From: Octopus bimaculoides
Taxonomy: Eukaryota
Length of the DNA stretch: 50,246 nt
Direction: 5' to 3'
NCBI RefSeq assembly: GCF_001194135.2
Contig: NC_068990.1
Location: 90,288,231-90,338,476, forward strand
Shown here: positions 23,742 through 36,612 of the stretch, one piece after another
How positions within the stretch are numbered: position 1 is the first letter of the stretch
How the letters are laid out: every line of letters starts with the position of its first letter
The notes under the pieces: model-generated
Told to the model about the DNA's origin: nothing
The model's input: only the letters and a program-made list of their open reading frames with translations
Database searches by the model: none
Position numbers and translations under genes: made by a program

Positions 23742-24705
23742 GAAACATGTCTACCTAACGAGATATATTTTGTATGTATATATATATATGAATGTATGTC
23801 TGTACGTATGTATGTATGTATGCCTTTATGTACGTATGTATACGTGGCATGTATGCGTGGATGTACGATATATTGGGAATACTGAAAAGTTATGTTGCAT
23901 TTCATGTACTGAGTTCAAATCAGCCAAAAATTATATCGTAAATAGACTTTTACACTCAAACTACAATCCCAATTCGAAACCAGCTTTTTTTTTTATTCCT
24001 CGGGAAAAAAATATGTGGTCCAGTGTGTTAAAAGAGTAACATTTTATACAGGAACTGAAACGAAAGTTTTTTAAGGAGACAAAAAAACAAATATGACAGT
24101 TGTGTCTACAGCGTGGTAGACTTATGAAGGCGTATGTACACACAAATCCCAATAATATATATNNNNNNNNNNNNNNNNNNNNNNNNNNNNNNNNNNNNNN
24201 NNNNNNNNNNNNNNNNNNNNNNNNNNNNNNNNNNNNNNNNNNNNNNNNNNNNNNNNNNNNNNNNNNNNNNNNNNNNNNNNNNNNNNNNNNNNNNNNNNNN
24301 NNNNNNNNNNNNNNNNNNNNNNNNNNNNNNNNNNNNNNNNNNNNNNNNNNNNNNNNNNNNNNNNNNNNNNNNNNNNNNNNNNNNNNNNNNNNNNNNNNNN
24401 NNNNNNNNNNNNNNNNNNNNNNNNNNNNNNNNNNNNNNNNNNNNNNNNNNNNNNNNNNNNNNNNNNNNNNNNNNNNNNNNNNNNNNNNNNNNNNNNNNNN
24501 NNNNNNNNNNNNNNNNNNNNNNNNNNNNNNNNNNNNNNNNNNNNNNNNNNNNNNNNNNNNNNNNNNNNNNNNNNNNNNNNNNNNNNNNNNNNNNNNNNNN
24601 NNNNNNNNNNNNNNNNNNNNNNNNNNNNNNNNNNNNNNNNNNNNNNNNNNNNNNNNNNNNNNNNNNNNNNNNNNNNNNNNNNNNNNNNNNNNNNNNNNNN
24701 NNNNN

Positions 24706-24775
24706 AGGACAAGTAACATAAGGAACGCCCCTTCATCAGTTGTCGGCCGTCCATCTACTCCTCATTTCATGCATT
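24706..24775 (-). repeat. Interspersed repeat truncated by a gap; homolog of 22575-22655
   Basis: Internal homology as above. Confidence 0.75.
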
Positions 24776-24776
24776 G

Positions 24777-24851
<75 letters not shown>

Positions 24852-24895
24852 TCATATACACACACAACAACATAGCCACAAGCACGCTCACACAC

Positions 24896-24930
<35 letters not shown>

Positions 24931-25601
24931 AGCTCCCGTGAATTTGTGTACAACCTTACAGCAAAACCTGGTATGGCATTTTATAGGCCCAAATAAACGT
25001 CTGTAATCATTTGTGCATACGTATAATACTGTACAAGTAAGATCAGTGTTTACCTCTTCATCATCTGCACTTCGTCGACTCCAATTCTAGATGTGTTAGA
25101 CATTCAGATGACTCGATGTGTTAGACATTTCTTCTCTCAGATTTAATTATCTATCTGTTAATGAAGAAGTATTTTGGGAATGATGCTGATTGAAACTAAT
25201 TCTAAGGAGAATTTATTCCACTAATCAGTGGGCTAAGGTCCAATTCAGCCATAGTCTTTAGAACAGCGGTATCTTATGAGTGGAAATAGTAGCCAAAAAA
25301 TTCTATATAGGAATACATGCACAGATAGATGTGCGACTACTACTGTATGACATACTGAGAATAGATTGTGGAGAATACGATGTCCACCATTATAGATATT
25401 AATATAAATAAACATATACATACACACATTTATACAGTTTTTTTAATGCTATATATACCCTTGCATGTATATGCAAATGTGTGTGTATGTATACATATAC
25501 TTTTGTGCATATATAAATATATATATATATATATGTATATATATAATATATATATTATAATATACATGCAAATACACACACACACACACACACACGCACA
25601 C

Positions 25602-25643
<42 letters not shown>

Positions 25644-25948
25644 TTGTATGTATATATATTTTAAAACATCTTAGGGAATAATAATTATTCCAGGTTATCA
25701 GGATATTTACTATTTTACAAACAGTATCAATTATAATATTATTACAAATTTGGAATTTTACCAATAGGACCACAACTTCAATTTCAGGACAACCTTATTT
25801 TCTGGAGTACACATAGAAAGTTATATCCAAACTACTAATCTAATAATATCATCATTTTAAATCTTACTATATCGTGCAATAAAATAACGTACATTAGAAT
25901 TAATAAAAAATTATATAAACACATTTTATAAAAATATATATACTTTAC

Positions 25949-25959
25949 CTGTTATTAGT
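25949..25959 (-). other. Candidate 11-nt microexon
   Basis: TTATCTTCTTTCTCCACAG/ACTAATAACAG/GTAAAGT on the minus strand. Confidence 0.25.
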
Positions 25960-26155
25960 CTGTGGAGAAAGAAGATAATATTAATCAACGCTACACGTGT
26001 TTCTGCGCTGGTGGTTTGTTTTACCAGGCTATACCTAATACATAAATCCACCAGTGCGTCCTCAGGCTATTTTTCTTTATGTTATTATTACTAACAGATC
26101 CTACTTAATCATACAAATTCAAAGATATCTTCATTAAAAATAGGAATAAAAATAA

Positions 26156-26191
<36 letters not shown>

Positions 26192-26291
26192 CGTCCTAAT
26201 ATATTTTTACAAAATTTAAAAGTTTTTAAAAATTGAAAAAAATCTTCATATATATGCATGCTAATATATGACCTACGTTGGACTCCTCATT

Positions 26292-26346
26292 CGCCGACCA
26301 AAGCCTTATGAGTGGATTTGGTAGACGGAAACTGAANNNNNNNNNN

Positions 26347-26395
<49 letters not shown>

Positions 26396-26580
26396 ATGTT
26401 TGTGTGTGTCTGTGTTTGTCCCCTCCACCATCACTTTGCAAGCGATGTTCGCGTGCTTACGTCGCCGCAAAGAGACCGATAGAATAAATACTAGGCTTAC
26501 AAAGAATAGATCATGGGGTCGAATAGGTCCATGGGCTGCAGTCAAATGATTGAAAGAAATAAAACAGTAAAAGAATAAAC
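26292..26580 (+). mobile_element. 5'-truncated family B SINE with expanded internal (TA)n(TG)n
   Basis: GCCGACCAAAGCCTTATGAGTGGATTTGGTAGACGGAAACTGAA nearly identical to 2762-2804; 3' GATAGAATAAATACTAGGCTTACAAAGAATA shared. Confidence 0.9.
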
Positions 26581-26767
26581 GAGTATATATGTATATACAT
26601 ATGTGTGTGTGTGCGTGTTAGTAGGTGTATGTGTGTGTGTGTGTGTGCATGATAGGTGCACTTGAGTGGAGACTTTTACGTTGATCTCGTCGATCTGCTG
26701 CCAGATAATCGATACAGGCAAATCTGTTAAAGTGTCACATTCAATTGAATTACATATGATAATAAAA

Positions 26768-26775
26768 GTAATAAC

Positions 26776-26831
<56 letters not shown>

Positions 26832-26846
26832 CAACAACAACAATAA
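26768..26846. repeat. (AAT)n(AAC)n compound microsatellite
   Basis: Source of the poly-I, poly-T and poly-L ORFs. Confidence 0.95.
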
Positions 26847-27533
26847 TAGTGTTACTATTAATACTACTACTAACGACAAGAGGAGTAAATTATAATATAT
26901 AAAATATATATATAAATAAATAAACATTTTAGTTAAAAAAAATGTAGAAGATCACAATCAATAAATAAATAGGATTTTATTGATTTTTCTGTAAATCAGA
27001 GCAAAGTTTCCAGTTTTGCTTGCTGCGTAATTTTGTGAACAAAAACTAAAATTATACGAAGGAAGGAAATATAAGATGGAATGTCTTCATTTGAACGAGT
27101 TCATCTGGATTAGATATTTAGTAGAGTTTGGGGTATAGGGAGAGTGAGAGGAAGAGGAGAAGGCGGAGGAAGAGAACTATTTGTGGGAATTAAGGAGAGT
27201 ATGAGAGAGAGAGGATAGAGAGAGAGAGAGAGTGGGTAGAGACAGAGAGAGAGAGAGAAAGAGAGAGAAATGATGTGTGACAGATAGAGGGTGAGGCACG
27301 AGGGCGGAAGGGCGAAAAAAGAGGTAGTGTGTATATGTGTATGTGTGTGAAGTAGAGAGAGAGAGAGAGGGGAGAAGAAAAAGGAGAAAGAAAGAGAAAC
27401 AGAGAGGCGAAATGTGTCATGCGATCTTTCTCTCATTCTCCTTCTCTGCCTATGTATATATATATATATATATGTGTGTGTTTGTGTGTGTGTGTATGTT
27501 GTATAAATACATACAAATCTATATACATATAAA

Positions 27534-27589
<56 letters not shown>

Positions 27590-27825
27590 CATACACGTGT
27601 ATGTATATATAGATATACGTGTATGTATGCATACTCACAAACACACACACACACAAATATAAAGCGAGAGTGTTAGAATTATTTGAAGAAGTAGAAGAAA
27701 GGTGGAGGAATGAATTAAACCGAATGGAAATAGATTGAATGAAAGAAGCGGTGAAAGATAAATGAGTAAAATTAAACACAATAAAAATACGACTGAATGA
27801 GAGAGAGAGAAAGAGACGGGGAAAC

Positions 27826-27838
27826 GATAGATAGACAA

Positions 27839-27903
<65 letters not shown>

Positions 27904-27992
27904 CAAATAGATAGATAGATGAATAGATAGACAGATAGATAGATAACTAGATAAATAATAGATAGACCGATAGATAGATAGATAGATAGATA
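27826..27992. repeat. (GATA)n microsatellite
   Basis: Long imperfect tetranucleotide array; source of the YLSIYLSI ORFs. Confidence 0.96.
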
Positions 27993-29139
27993 CATTTCTT
28001 TTATTAGCCACACAGNNNNNNNNNNNNNNNNNNNNNNNNNNNNNNNNNNNNNNNNNNATATATATATATATATATATAAAGAGATAGATAGGTACAGATA
28101 AAAGACAGTGAGATGGGAAAATGGCGACTAATTCAGGGGTAAATGAAATGGTTAAAATAGAAAAGGATGTTAGCGAGGAAAGAAAGTTTATGAATAAGAG
28201 CAGGATGTGTAGAAAACGAAATGAAGTGAGATGCTTGATAAAAGCAATCAAAAGGATGGGGAAAAAGAAAAAGTATATAAAAAAAATGGGGAAGGATAAA
28301 AGAGGGAACGTAAACGAAAGAGAGAAAAGGGACGACTTTGGAATGGATTGAATGAGGCGAGCGAATGGGTTTGCTGATTAAGTCACATGACCTGTTAAAC
28401 ACCCTTCTAAACTACAGGAAATATATATAATTGGTCGAAGTACGAATATGATACGGTGAACGACAGTGACGCCAAGAAGTGTGTATTGTTCACTTGTTAT
28501 CTCAGAATATCAGGATATAATAGTAAATTGTTAGCAGAATTAAAGGCCGTATTACATTTCGGTTTTCTTTTCCTCTTTTCATACACATGTATGCGCGCTT
28601 GTGTAGGTGTGTGTATGTATATGTATGCACATATGTGTGTATTTGTATGTATGCATATATATATATATATATATATGTATATACATATATATACTTGGAT
28701 ATCAGCATATATGTATGCCAGCATGTCAGTTTGTATGAAGAGATTCTGTTCTTCGTTTTGTGCTGTTTCCTGATTGTCACTGCTGCGAAAAGAATCGATT
28801 GACGACAGAGAGTGATTTACCTGTACGGTTAAAGTGCTAAATTACTGGGCACAAGTAATACGCTGATATTATCACACACACACACACAGAATACTGGGTG
28901 TTTTGGTTGGTAGTTTCAGAATACGTAGTAGACAAACCATATAGACAATTCACTTGTGCTTCTGTGCGTATATGTGTGTGTGTGTGTGTGTTTCGCTACA
29001 CATATACATTATGTATAGATAGAATAACAGGTAATGATGGATTCACTCCCTGCCCCGATTCTTTCTCAGTGGATATCCTTCCTTGATTGTGATTATTATA
29101 ATTATTAGTAAAGGGCTTCCTGTCATCACAAACAAGAAA

Positions 29140-29650
29140 GAAGAGGGAATTATTATCTGATTTGTTCGTCTTCTAACTTTTCCCCTCCTGATATGAACCC
29201 AGCTCTCTAATGTCGCATTACGTTTTCTATCAGGCGTCTGAAAGTTTTGAGATCTTGAACACTTCCTGCCAATGATTGATCCATGGATGTGGAACTAGGT
29301 CATATGTAACTGTGTAATCGATCCCCGTTCTGCATAATTTTATCCTCATGACCGTCTAATCAATCATTACTTCCTTTGTTTCCTCCCCGGCAGCTTTTCC
29401 CTTCATCAGTCATTATGTATTTCTCATACAGACGTTCGCTTACCCATTCTGTTATTATCCCTGTTTGAAGTTTCCACATAAGTCGTAAACCTTTAATTCC
29501 TCGGTAATTTTATGCAACATCTTTTAATTTCTTCAGTAATATCAAAAAAGTAATTCCGTTTGATAACCACAGCCTTATAACCACAAGTCTTACACTAATT
29601 TAGCTCTATCCCTATGGCTCCATGCAGACTTGTTAACTCTTTCACACAGT
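29140..29650 (-). mobile_element. Second, strongly decayed R4/Dong-type RT fragment
   Basis: Minus-strand peptides LMWKLQTGIITEWVSERLYEK and IDYTVTYDLVPHPWI (cf. WIDYKKAYDxVPHxWI), then GGEKLE; many indels. Confidence 0.72.
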
Positions 29651-29879
29651 AACCATAAACAAGATGTGGTTCAGCAGCACTCTATTTCCCTACCTTTTAA
29701 AATTTTGTTTCGTGATAGTAAAACCCTCTAAACAATCATTTCTAATGTAATTTTGCGCTTGTTTTATCCACTATATTTTGTCATTAGGCCTTGGTTGTTT
29801 CTTCTTTGTACATTCTTTTTTTTATCGCTTTTGTCTATATCGTCGCGACACTCCGTCGTAGAAATGAGTTGTGACGTCA

Positions 29880-30065
29880 CTGGTGCCAAGCTGTGTCGGC
29901 CCCTTTGCCTTTCCCTTGGATAACATCAGTTGCGTTGAGAGGAGAGGATGATATGCATGGGTGACTGCTGATCTTCTATAAACAACTGTGCCAAGCTTGA
30001 GCCTCGGAGGGGAACTTTCTAGATGCAATCCCATGGTCATTCATGATCGAAGGAGGTCTTTATCT
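29880..30065. repeat. Unclassified interspersed repeat (retroposon 3' part, tentative)
   Basis: GC-richer block GGTGCCAAGCTGTGTCGGCCCCTTTGCCTTTCCCTTGGATAAC..GCAATCCCATGGTCATTCATGA recalled as a common octopus repeat; single copy here. Confidence 0.5.
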
Positions 30066-30199
30066 TTATGCAACGAATATTGCTTTGGCAATTGTAGCAC
30101 CCATTTATTAGAGATGGCTAATAATGATTGTTTTTCCATAGCGACGCAGCCTCCAAATCCGGAGCTGATTGAATGTACTTTGATATAACTCGCACTTAT

Positions 30200-30530
30200 T
30201 GTACAAATCCCGAAAAGAAGAAAATTTATGATGACATCAGTAGGATTTGAACGCAACACGCCGGAAGAAATACGCAAGGCATTTTGTCCAAAATCTTTAC
30301 GGTTCTCCTAAACAACCATACTTTCTAGTTACCAGGCCAGAAAATTTTTTAAATAGGGTTAAAACTTGAAATCAATCTTACTCCTTGGCTGTTAATTTTT
30401 TTTTTACCGGTATGGAAGATAATACCCGTTGATCTCGGTCTGATTTAAAATGAGAATTTAAAAGCCGGAAAAATAAAGCAGAATATTTTGTCCGTGCTGT
30501 TACAGCTCAGCCAATCCACCACCGCCATAA
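30200..30530 (-). mobile_element. Two old family-A-like SINE remnants
   Basis: GGATTTGAACGC..GCAAGGCATTTTGTCC (about 30243-30289) and GATCTCGG..GAATATTTTGTCCG..CAGCCAATCCACCACCGCC (about 30431-30526) resemble the family A head. Confidence 0.55.
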
Positions 30531-31289
30531 ATATAGCTAAATATGAAAATAGATCTCCAGGATAAACTGAAAGCAAATCTCCGGATATGCATTACATAGC
30601 AATCACACACTACCATCATGGCCAAAAACGACAATCGTGAACGATGACGGGCAGATTGGTTTTTGTAGTATAAAATAGACCTCGTTTAGCAAAAACAAAA
30701 TGGTGAAGCTGTAATGCGAGGCTATTTTTAAAAGGCTACGTTTGAGAAATATTGGACTGAAATCCGAACGTCAAAAAACGAAATGTTAGCCATCGTTGTC
30801 TGAACCCGAAGGCTGTGGATGTTAGACCAAGTCTTGCGATCTAAACTAATCAAAATGACACAACAAGACCAACAGCAAGAAAGAATGTAACATTAGCGAA
30901 TAAAATCATGGATATATGAAGCCCAAAACAAAATTAATGATAAGATGATCATGACTGCAACATCTTTCTTGATAAATGTTTCATGTATCGTGTCTGACAG
31001 AGAGGGTGGGTGGGTATATTTAAAATAATTATAACAATAAGTGAATGTCGATCTATTATTACTATTATTATTATAGCGCTCATTTTGAAAAGTAGACGTG
31101 CAAACATTTGTAACAAATACAATAATGGAATTCAGAAAATTCATGGATGACATGAAAATTTGGAATGTCTGCTGGAAAAAAATATTGGTTAAATTGAAAG
31201 GTCGACAGTCTGGATATATTTTATTGTTTGTAGTATTTAGATATTTATTTTGCTTATGGCATACATCCATCCATCCATCCATACATACA

Positions 31290-31323
<34 letters not shown>

Positions 31324-31739
31324 NNNNNNNNNNNNNNNNNNNNNNNNNNNNNNNNNNNNNNNNNNNNNNNNNNNNNNNNNNNNNNNNNNNNNNNNNNNNN
31401 NNNNNNNNNNNNNNNNNNNNNNNNNNNNNNNNNNNNNNNNNNNNNNNNNNNNNNNNNNNNATATATATATACACATACTCAGGTGTGTGTGTGTTTGTGT
31501 TTGTGTGTATGAATAGAATTATATGTTTGTGTGTTGCTCGCTTTCTAGTTCTACCTCTTTCTTCTGCTTCATTATGTTTACAATTGCTCAGTTGGGTTTC
31601 CTTTTGATGTTTTCCGTGGTTTAACGGTCGTTTCGGTTGGTAACTGCTTGCAGTCAATTATATACACCACCGTACACATACACCACTCACGTATAGAATG
31701 TATATGTATTTAGACATGTATGCGTATATACACACACAC

Positions 31740-31798
<59 letters not shown>

Positions 31799-32110
31799 GA
31801 GAGAGAGAGGGAGAGAGAGAGAAAGTGACAGAGAGAGAGGCATACAAACACATCTACATATATGTACGTACATGTATATTATATAAAGTATAGAGAAAAT
31901 TATGCGCACATACGTATGTGTAAGTGCATATGTGTATATATACCTATATATATGTATATATATATACACACACACATATTATATACATACATATATACAT
32001 ATAAACATATACATATATATATATATATCAACATATATGCATATATATATGTTCACATATATATACATACATATCTATACATATATATCTATACATGCAT
32101 ACATGCATAC

Positions 32111-32165
<55 letters not shown>

Positions 32166-33279
32166 NNNNNNNNNNNNNNNNNNNNNNNNNNNNNNNNNNN
32201 NNNNNNNNNNNNNNNNNNNNNNNNNNNNNNNNNNNNNNNNNNNNNNNNNNNNNNNNNNNNNNNNNNNNNNNNNNNNNNNNNNNNNNNNNNNNNNNNNNNN
32301 NNNNNNNNNNNNNNNNNNNNNNNNNNNNNNNNNNNNNNNNNNNNNNNNNNNNNNNNNNNNNNNNNNNNNNNNNNNNNNNNNNNNNNNNNNNNNNNNNNNN
32401 NNNNNNNNNNNNNNNNNNNNNNNNNNNNNNNNNNNNNNNNNNNNNNNNNNNNNNNNNNNNNNNNNNNNNNNNNNNNNNNNNNNNNNNNNNNNNNNNNNNN
32501 NNNNNNNNNNNNNNNNNNNNNNNNNNNNNNNNNNNNNNNNNNNNNNNNNNNNNNNNNNNNNNNNNNNNNNNNNNNNNNNNNNNNNNNNNNNNNNNNNNNN
32601 NNNNNNNNNNNNNNNNNNNNNNNNNNNNNNNNNNNNNNNNNNNNNNNNNNNNNNNNNNNNNNNNNNNNNNNNNNNNNNNNNNNNNNNNNNNNNNNNNNNN
32701 NNNNNNNNNNNNNNNNNNNNNNNNNNNNNNNNNNNNNNNNNNNNNNNNNNNNNNNNNNNNNNNNNNNNNNNNNNNNNNNNNNNNNNNNNNNNNNNNNNNN
32801 NNNNNNNNNNNNNNNNNNNNNNNNNNNNNNNNNNNNNNNNNNNNNNNNNNNNNNNNNNNNNNNNNNNNNNNNNNNNNNNNNNNNNNNNNNNNNNNNNNNN
32901 NNNNNNNNNNNNNNNNNNNNNNNNNNNNNNNNNNNNNNNNNNNNNNNNNNNNNNNNNNNNNNNNNNNNNNNNNNNNNNNNNNNNNNNNNNNNNNNNNNNN
33001 NNNNNNNNNNNNNNNNNNNNNNNNNNNNNNNNNNNNNNNNNNNNNNNNNNNNNNNNNNNNNNNNNNNNNNNNNNNNNNNNNNNNNNTATATATATAGTTG
33101 GAATTTACAAAAAGATAAATAAACACAACAAATGACGTGAGTGGTGTGTAAAAAATGAAAGAACCCTTTCGTTAGTTTTCCTGGCTATTTGGTCTTGATG
33201 GTTTTTGGTAACTGACTCAGTAAATTGGTATAGTGCTCTCCATTGATGGTATGGCTCTTTTGCATAAGAAAAACCCAAA

Positions 33280-33395
33280 CTGTTGAAGTGATCGCAGAGT
33301 AACGCGTGATGCCGTGGTTTGCTCAAGAACATAACTCACCACCCGGTCTAGCAATTGAAACTACGGTCACTAGATTGTAAATACAACACCCTCAA
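33280..33395 (-). mobile_element. Family F SINE fragment
   Basis: Reverse complement aligns with 3195-3272. Confidence 0.7.
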
Positions 33396-33720
33396 GATAT
33401 CTATACAACTGTTAGATATACACACGCGCCCGTACGCACACACACACGCCTGCATACACACATATATATTTATATAGGTCGTGTAATTCAAAATGCTTTT
33501 TTACTATGTTTTTCTAAATACATTTTAACTAGTAATTATATTTCATATTATTCATTTTGAAGATATATGCTTATATTCAAATACGCACACACACATACGC
33601 ACACAGATGCACAAACACACACACACGCACATATATATATATAGAGAGAGAGAGAGAGGGAGAGAGAAATATATAATATACACATNNNNNNNNNNNNNNN
33701 NNNNNNNNNNNNNNNNNNNN

Positions 33721-33737
33721 CGACGCTCTTCCGATCT
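33721..33737 (+). other. Illumina adapter remnant (artefact)
   Basis: CGACGCTCTTCCGATCT is the 3' 17 nt of the TruSeq read-1 adapter/primer ACACTCTTTCCCTACACGACGCTCTTCCGATCT and sits immediately after an N-gap. Confidence 0.95.
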
Positions 33738-33845
33738 TATATGTGTGTGTGTGTTTATATATATACACGCACACATATATATGTGCGTATATAAGTATAT
33801 ATACAGATACAAACAAATACAATTGATATATTGATATATATGTGT

Positions 33846-33884
<39 letters not shown>

Positions 33885-34366
33885 ATATTTACAAATATGC
33901 ATTTTGTTGGTGATTTATAATATCATGGTATTCAATTATCCGTTGGATGTTAAAGAATAAAGTAAGACAAAAACATAATTAAGTAAATCTCTTACACATA
34001 TATCCCAAGGATATTTGTAAACCTAATTATAAGTTTACGCACCCGTTATAATTCTATTCGTTCATTCTTATTCGGCATTATTTCATGTTTTTTTCTGTTC
34101 ATATTGTATATCTTATTAATTTCCATACATTACTTATATTAGTACATTTCTATTATTATTTTTTATTTGATACATCAGTTCTTATTTGTGTTTCTATAAC
34201 GTTTCTATAATTTCAATTCAATTTTATGTGTCAGAGTCTTTATATTTGTGTTTCATTTTATTCCGTATTCATCTCACCTTAACTTCGCGAGACAGTAGTA
34301 TACTGCCTTGAGCCTTAAACCTCTTCGGCATTCATATATTCTATCATACCTTATACTCTTTCCCTA

Positions 34367-34392
34367 GTGGAGGCACAATGGCTCAGTGGTTA
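34367..34392 (+). mobile_element. Family C SINE head fragment (A-box only)
   Basis: GTGGAGGCACAATGGCTCAGTGGTTA versus GTGGAGGCGCAATGGCCCAGTGGTTA at the 39963 copy; ends in (TA)n. Confidence 0.7.
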
Positions 34393-34397
34393 TGTAC

Positions 34398-34440
<43 letters not shown>

Positions 34441-34869
34441 CCATAACTTTTAAAGTACTAACTAATCTCTCTGCGGAAAGAGGAAGAATTATCTTTCTTG
34501 GATAAAGATGTCAGAAGACTAGGATAATGTCAAATCGATCGCAAATCTGCCCATGGAGATCTAAAATCATTGATGGAATCGTATTATTTTCTTGTCATAA
34601 AAAGAATAAAGTCATTTATTGAAAGACGAGAAATAATGCCGAACGATCTAGTACAACTTAGATAAATACAGAATGTCATGCATAACATATTAATTTCATA
34701 ATCAACTTTCCAGCGCATGTACTGTTGTGTAAATCATGCATATTTCTTTAAGTGAGTGACGGTCTGCTTTTATTGTAGCTATCTATAAGTTGTTAATCTT
34801 AAGATTGTTATATTTACTCGTATAAAGGTTTAAGTTAACCGAAATTACGCTCACGTGGTCGCACCAGCT

Positions 34870-35400
34870 AATCTTGTCTCCTCTCATCACACACGAACTT
34901 CTGGATTCTACCTTCTTTCCTTCTGGATCTACTCTTTCTGGACTGTTTGATTCTGAACTTTACACCCTCCGGATGCACCTCTCCTACCCACGGATTACAC
35001 TGGACCCATCTTCTGATTGGAAATCGCCTCAAAAAAACTTTTGAACTTTTGAACTTTTGAACTTTTGAACTTTTGAACTTTTCCACTTTTGTAAACCTCC
35101 TTTATTACCTTTATCATCTTTATTTTTTCCTTTACTTTCCTTCACCGCTCTCCTGAAAAAAAATGTTTCTAACTTCCGGTCAGCCATTACTATGATTAGC
35201 CATTACTATGATTGACCGTTGACTGAACACTATTCAATTTTTTTTCTCCGTGTTTTTCTCTTTGTCTCCGTATTCTTTCTGTTGAAGAGCGTAGCTCGAA
35301 ACGTCAAAGACTTTCCGTATTCCCGAGCGTCATACTAATACATCCTTTTGTTATTTACACCACCTGTCCTCGTCTGTTGTTGTTTTTTCGTACATTCTCC
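34870..35400 (+). mobile_element. Penelope-like terminal repeat region (tentative)
   Basis: Pyrimidine-rich tract with (AACTTTTG)x6 at 35036-35082, (AGCCATTACTATGATT)x2 at 35182-35213 and a hammerhead-like motif at 35274-35310. Confidence 0.5.
35274..35310 (+). ncRNA. Minimal type-I hammerhead ribozyme-like motif, probably degenerate
   Basis: TCTTT-CTGTTGA-A-GAGC-GTA-GCTC-GAAAC-GTC-AAAGA: 5-bp stem I, CUGANGA core with A6 replaced by U, 4-bp stem II, GAAA, palindromic ACGT stem III, GUC cleavage triplet. Confidence 0.6.
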
Positions 35401-36612
35401 CATATATATGTATACACACAAAGATAACTGTATGTATATGTATATGTATATGTATATATATACACACATATATATACACACACATATATATGCATACATG
35501 TATATATACACCAACACACTCACCTACACACACACATATGTATAAGAGCAGGCATGCAAGCAAACGCACACACGCACACACACGCACATACACACACAGA
35601 TAAAACTTTGAAACTTTCAATTGACATGTGAAGATATTGGAAATTGAAACGAATACCGACAGAGCAGCAGGTCTGGATAAAAAAAACCCGGAAATCTGTG
35701 AGAAAAGAAAATATATCGAGAGAAAAACTAGAAAAAAAATTACGATTACAAGGAATGGTGAAGGTACATTTCAAGAATAGTAGAATAAAGGGATAAAGGA
35801 ATAGAATAAAACTGCAAAATGTATGAACGAATATACAAGGACTTGGTATGAATTGTTGGAAGCAAACTATTAAATCTTTCTTTCAAATCCATTCAATCTT
35901 TTTCAATCTAAGGCATCATTTGGTTCTTTTCCTATAAAGTTTTTTTTCTCCATATTCTCTCTCTCTCTTTCTCTCTCACTCCCCTCTCTTTCTTCCTCTC
36001 CCCACTACTCTCTTTTAGTAGGGAGGGCATTTCTTTTCTTAGAAGTAGAAAGGCAAATAGAGAGAAGAAGAAGAAAAAAATGGAATAAATAGTACCTTGA
36101 ATGTGATTATACGATTGGACAAAACAGAAACAGGAATAAAAAAAAAATGAAAATAATAATAAATTTACAGCGCGTGCGCAAACGCAGGCGTGCAGGTACA
36201 CCTCACATACATGCACACACAACACACACACACACACACACACACACACTCATACATACATATATAAATATATATGGGTGTGCGCGTACACATGTGTGTG
36301 CGTTTTTCTGTGTGCGTGTAAGTTTGGTTACAAGAAAATGCACACNNNNNNNNNNNNNNNNNNNNNNNNNNNNNNNNNNNNNNNNNNNNNNNNNNNNNNN
36401 NNNNNNNNNNNNNNNNNNNNNNNNNNNNNNNNNNNNNNNNNNNNNNNNNNNNNNNNNNNNNNNNNNNNNNNNNNNNNNNNNNNNNNNNNNNNNNNNNNNN
36501 NNNCGATGTACACACACACTACACACACCCACACACACGCACACATGCATGAAGAAATAATATAAACTGCGAATGTCGACAAGAAGGGGAAAGAAAAAAT
36601 TAAATGATTGTG

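Noticed and set aside
25090-25130. 15-bp direct repeat GATGTGTTAGACATT x2
   Set aside because: Ordinary short slippage duplication with two units and no further structure.
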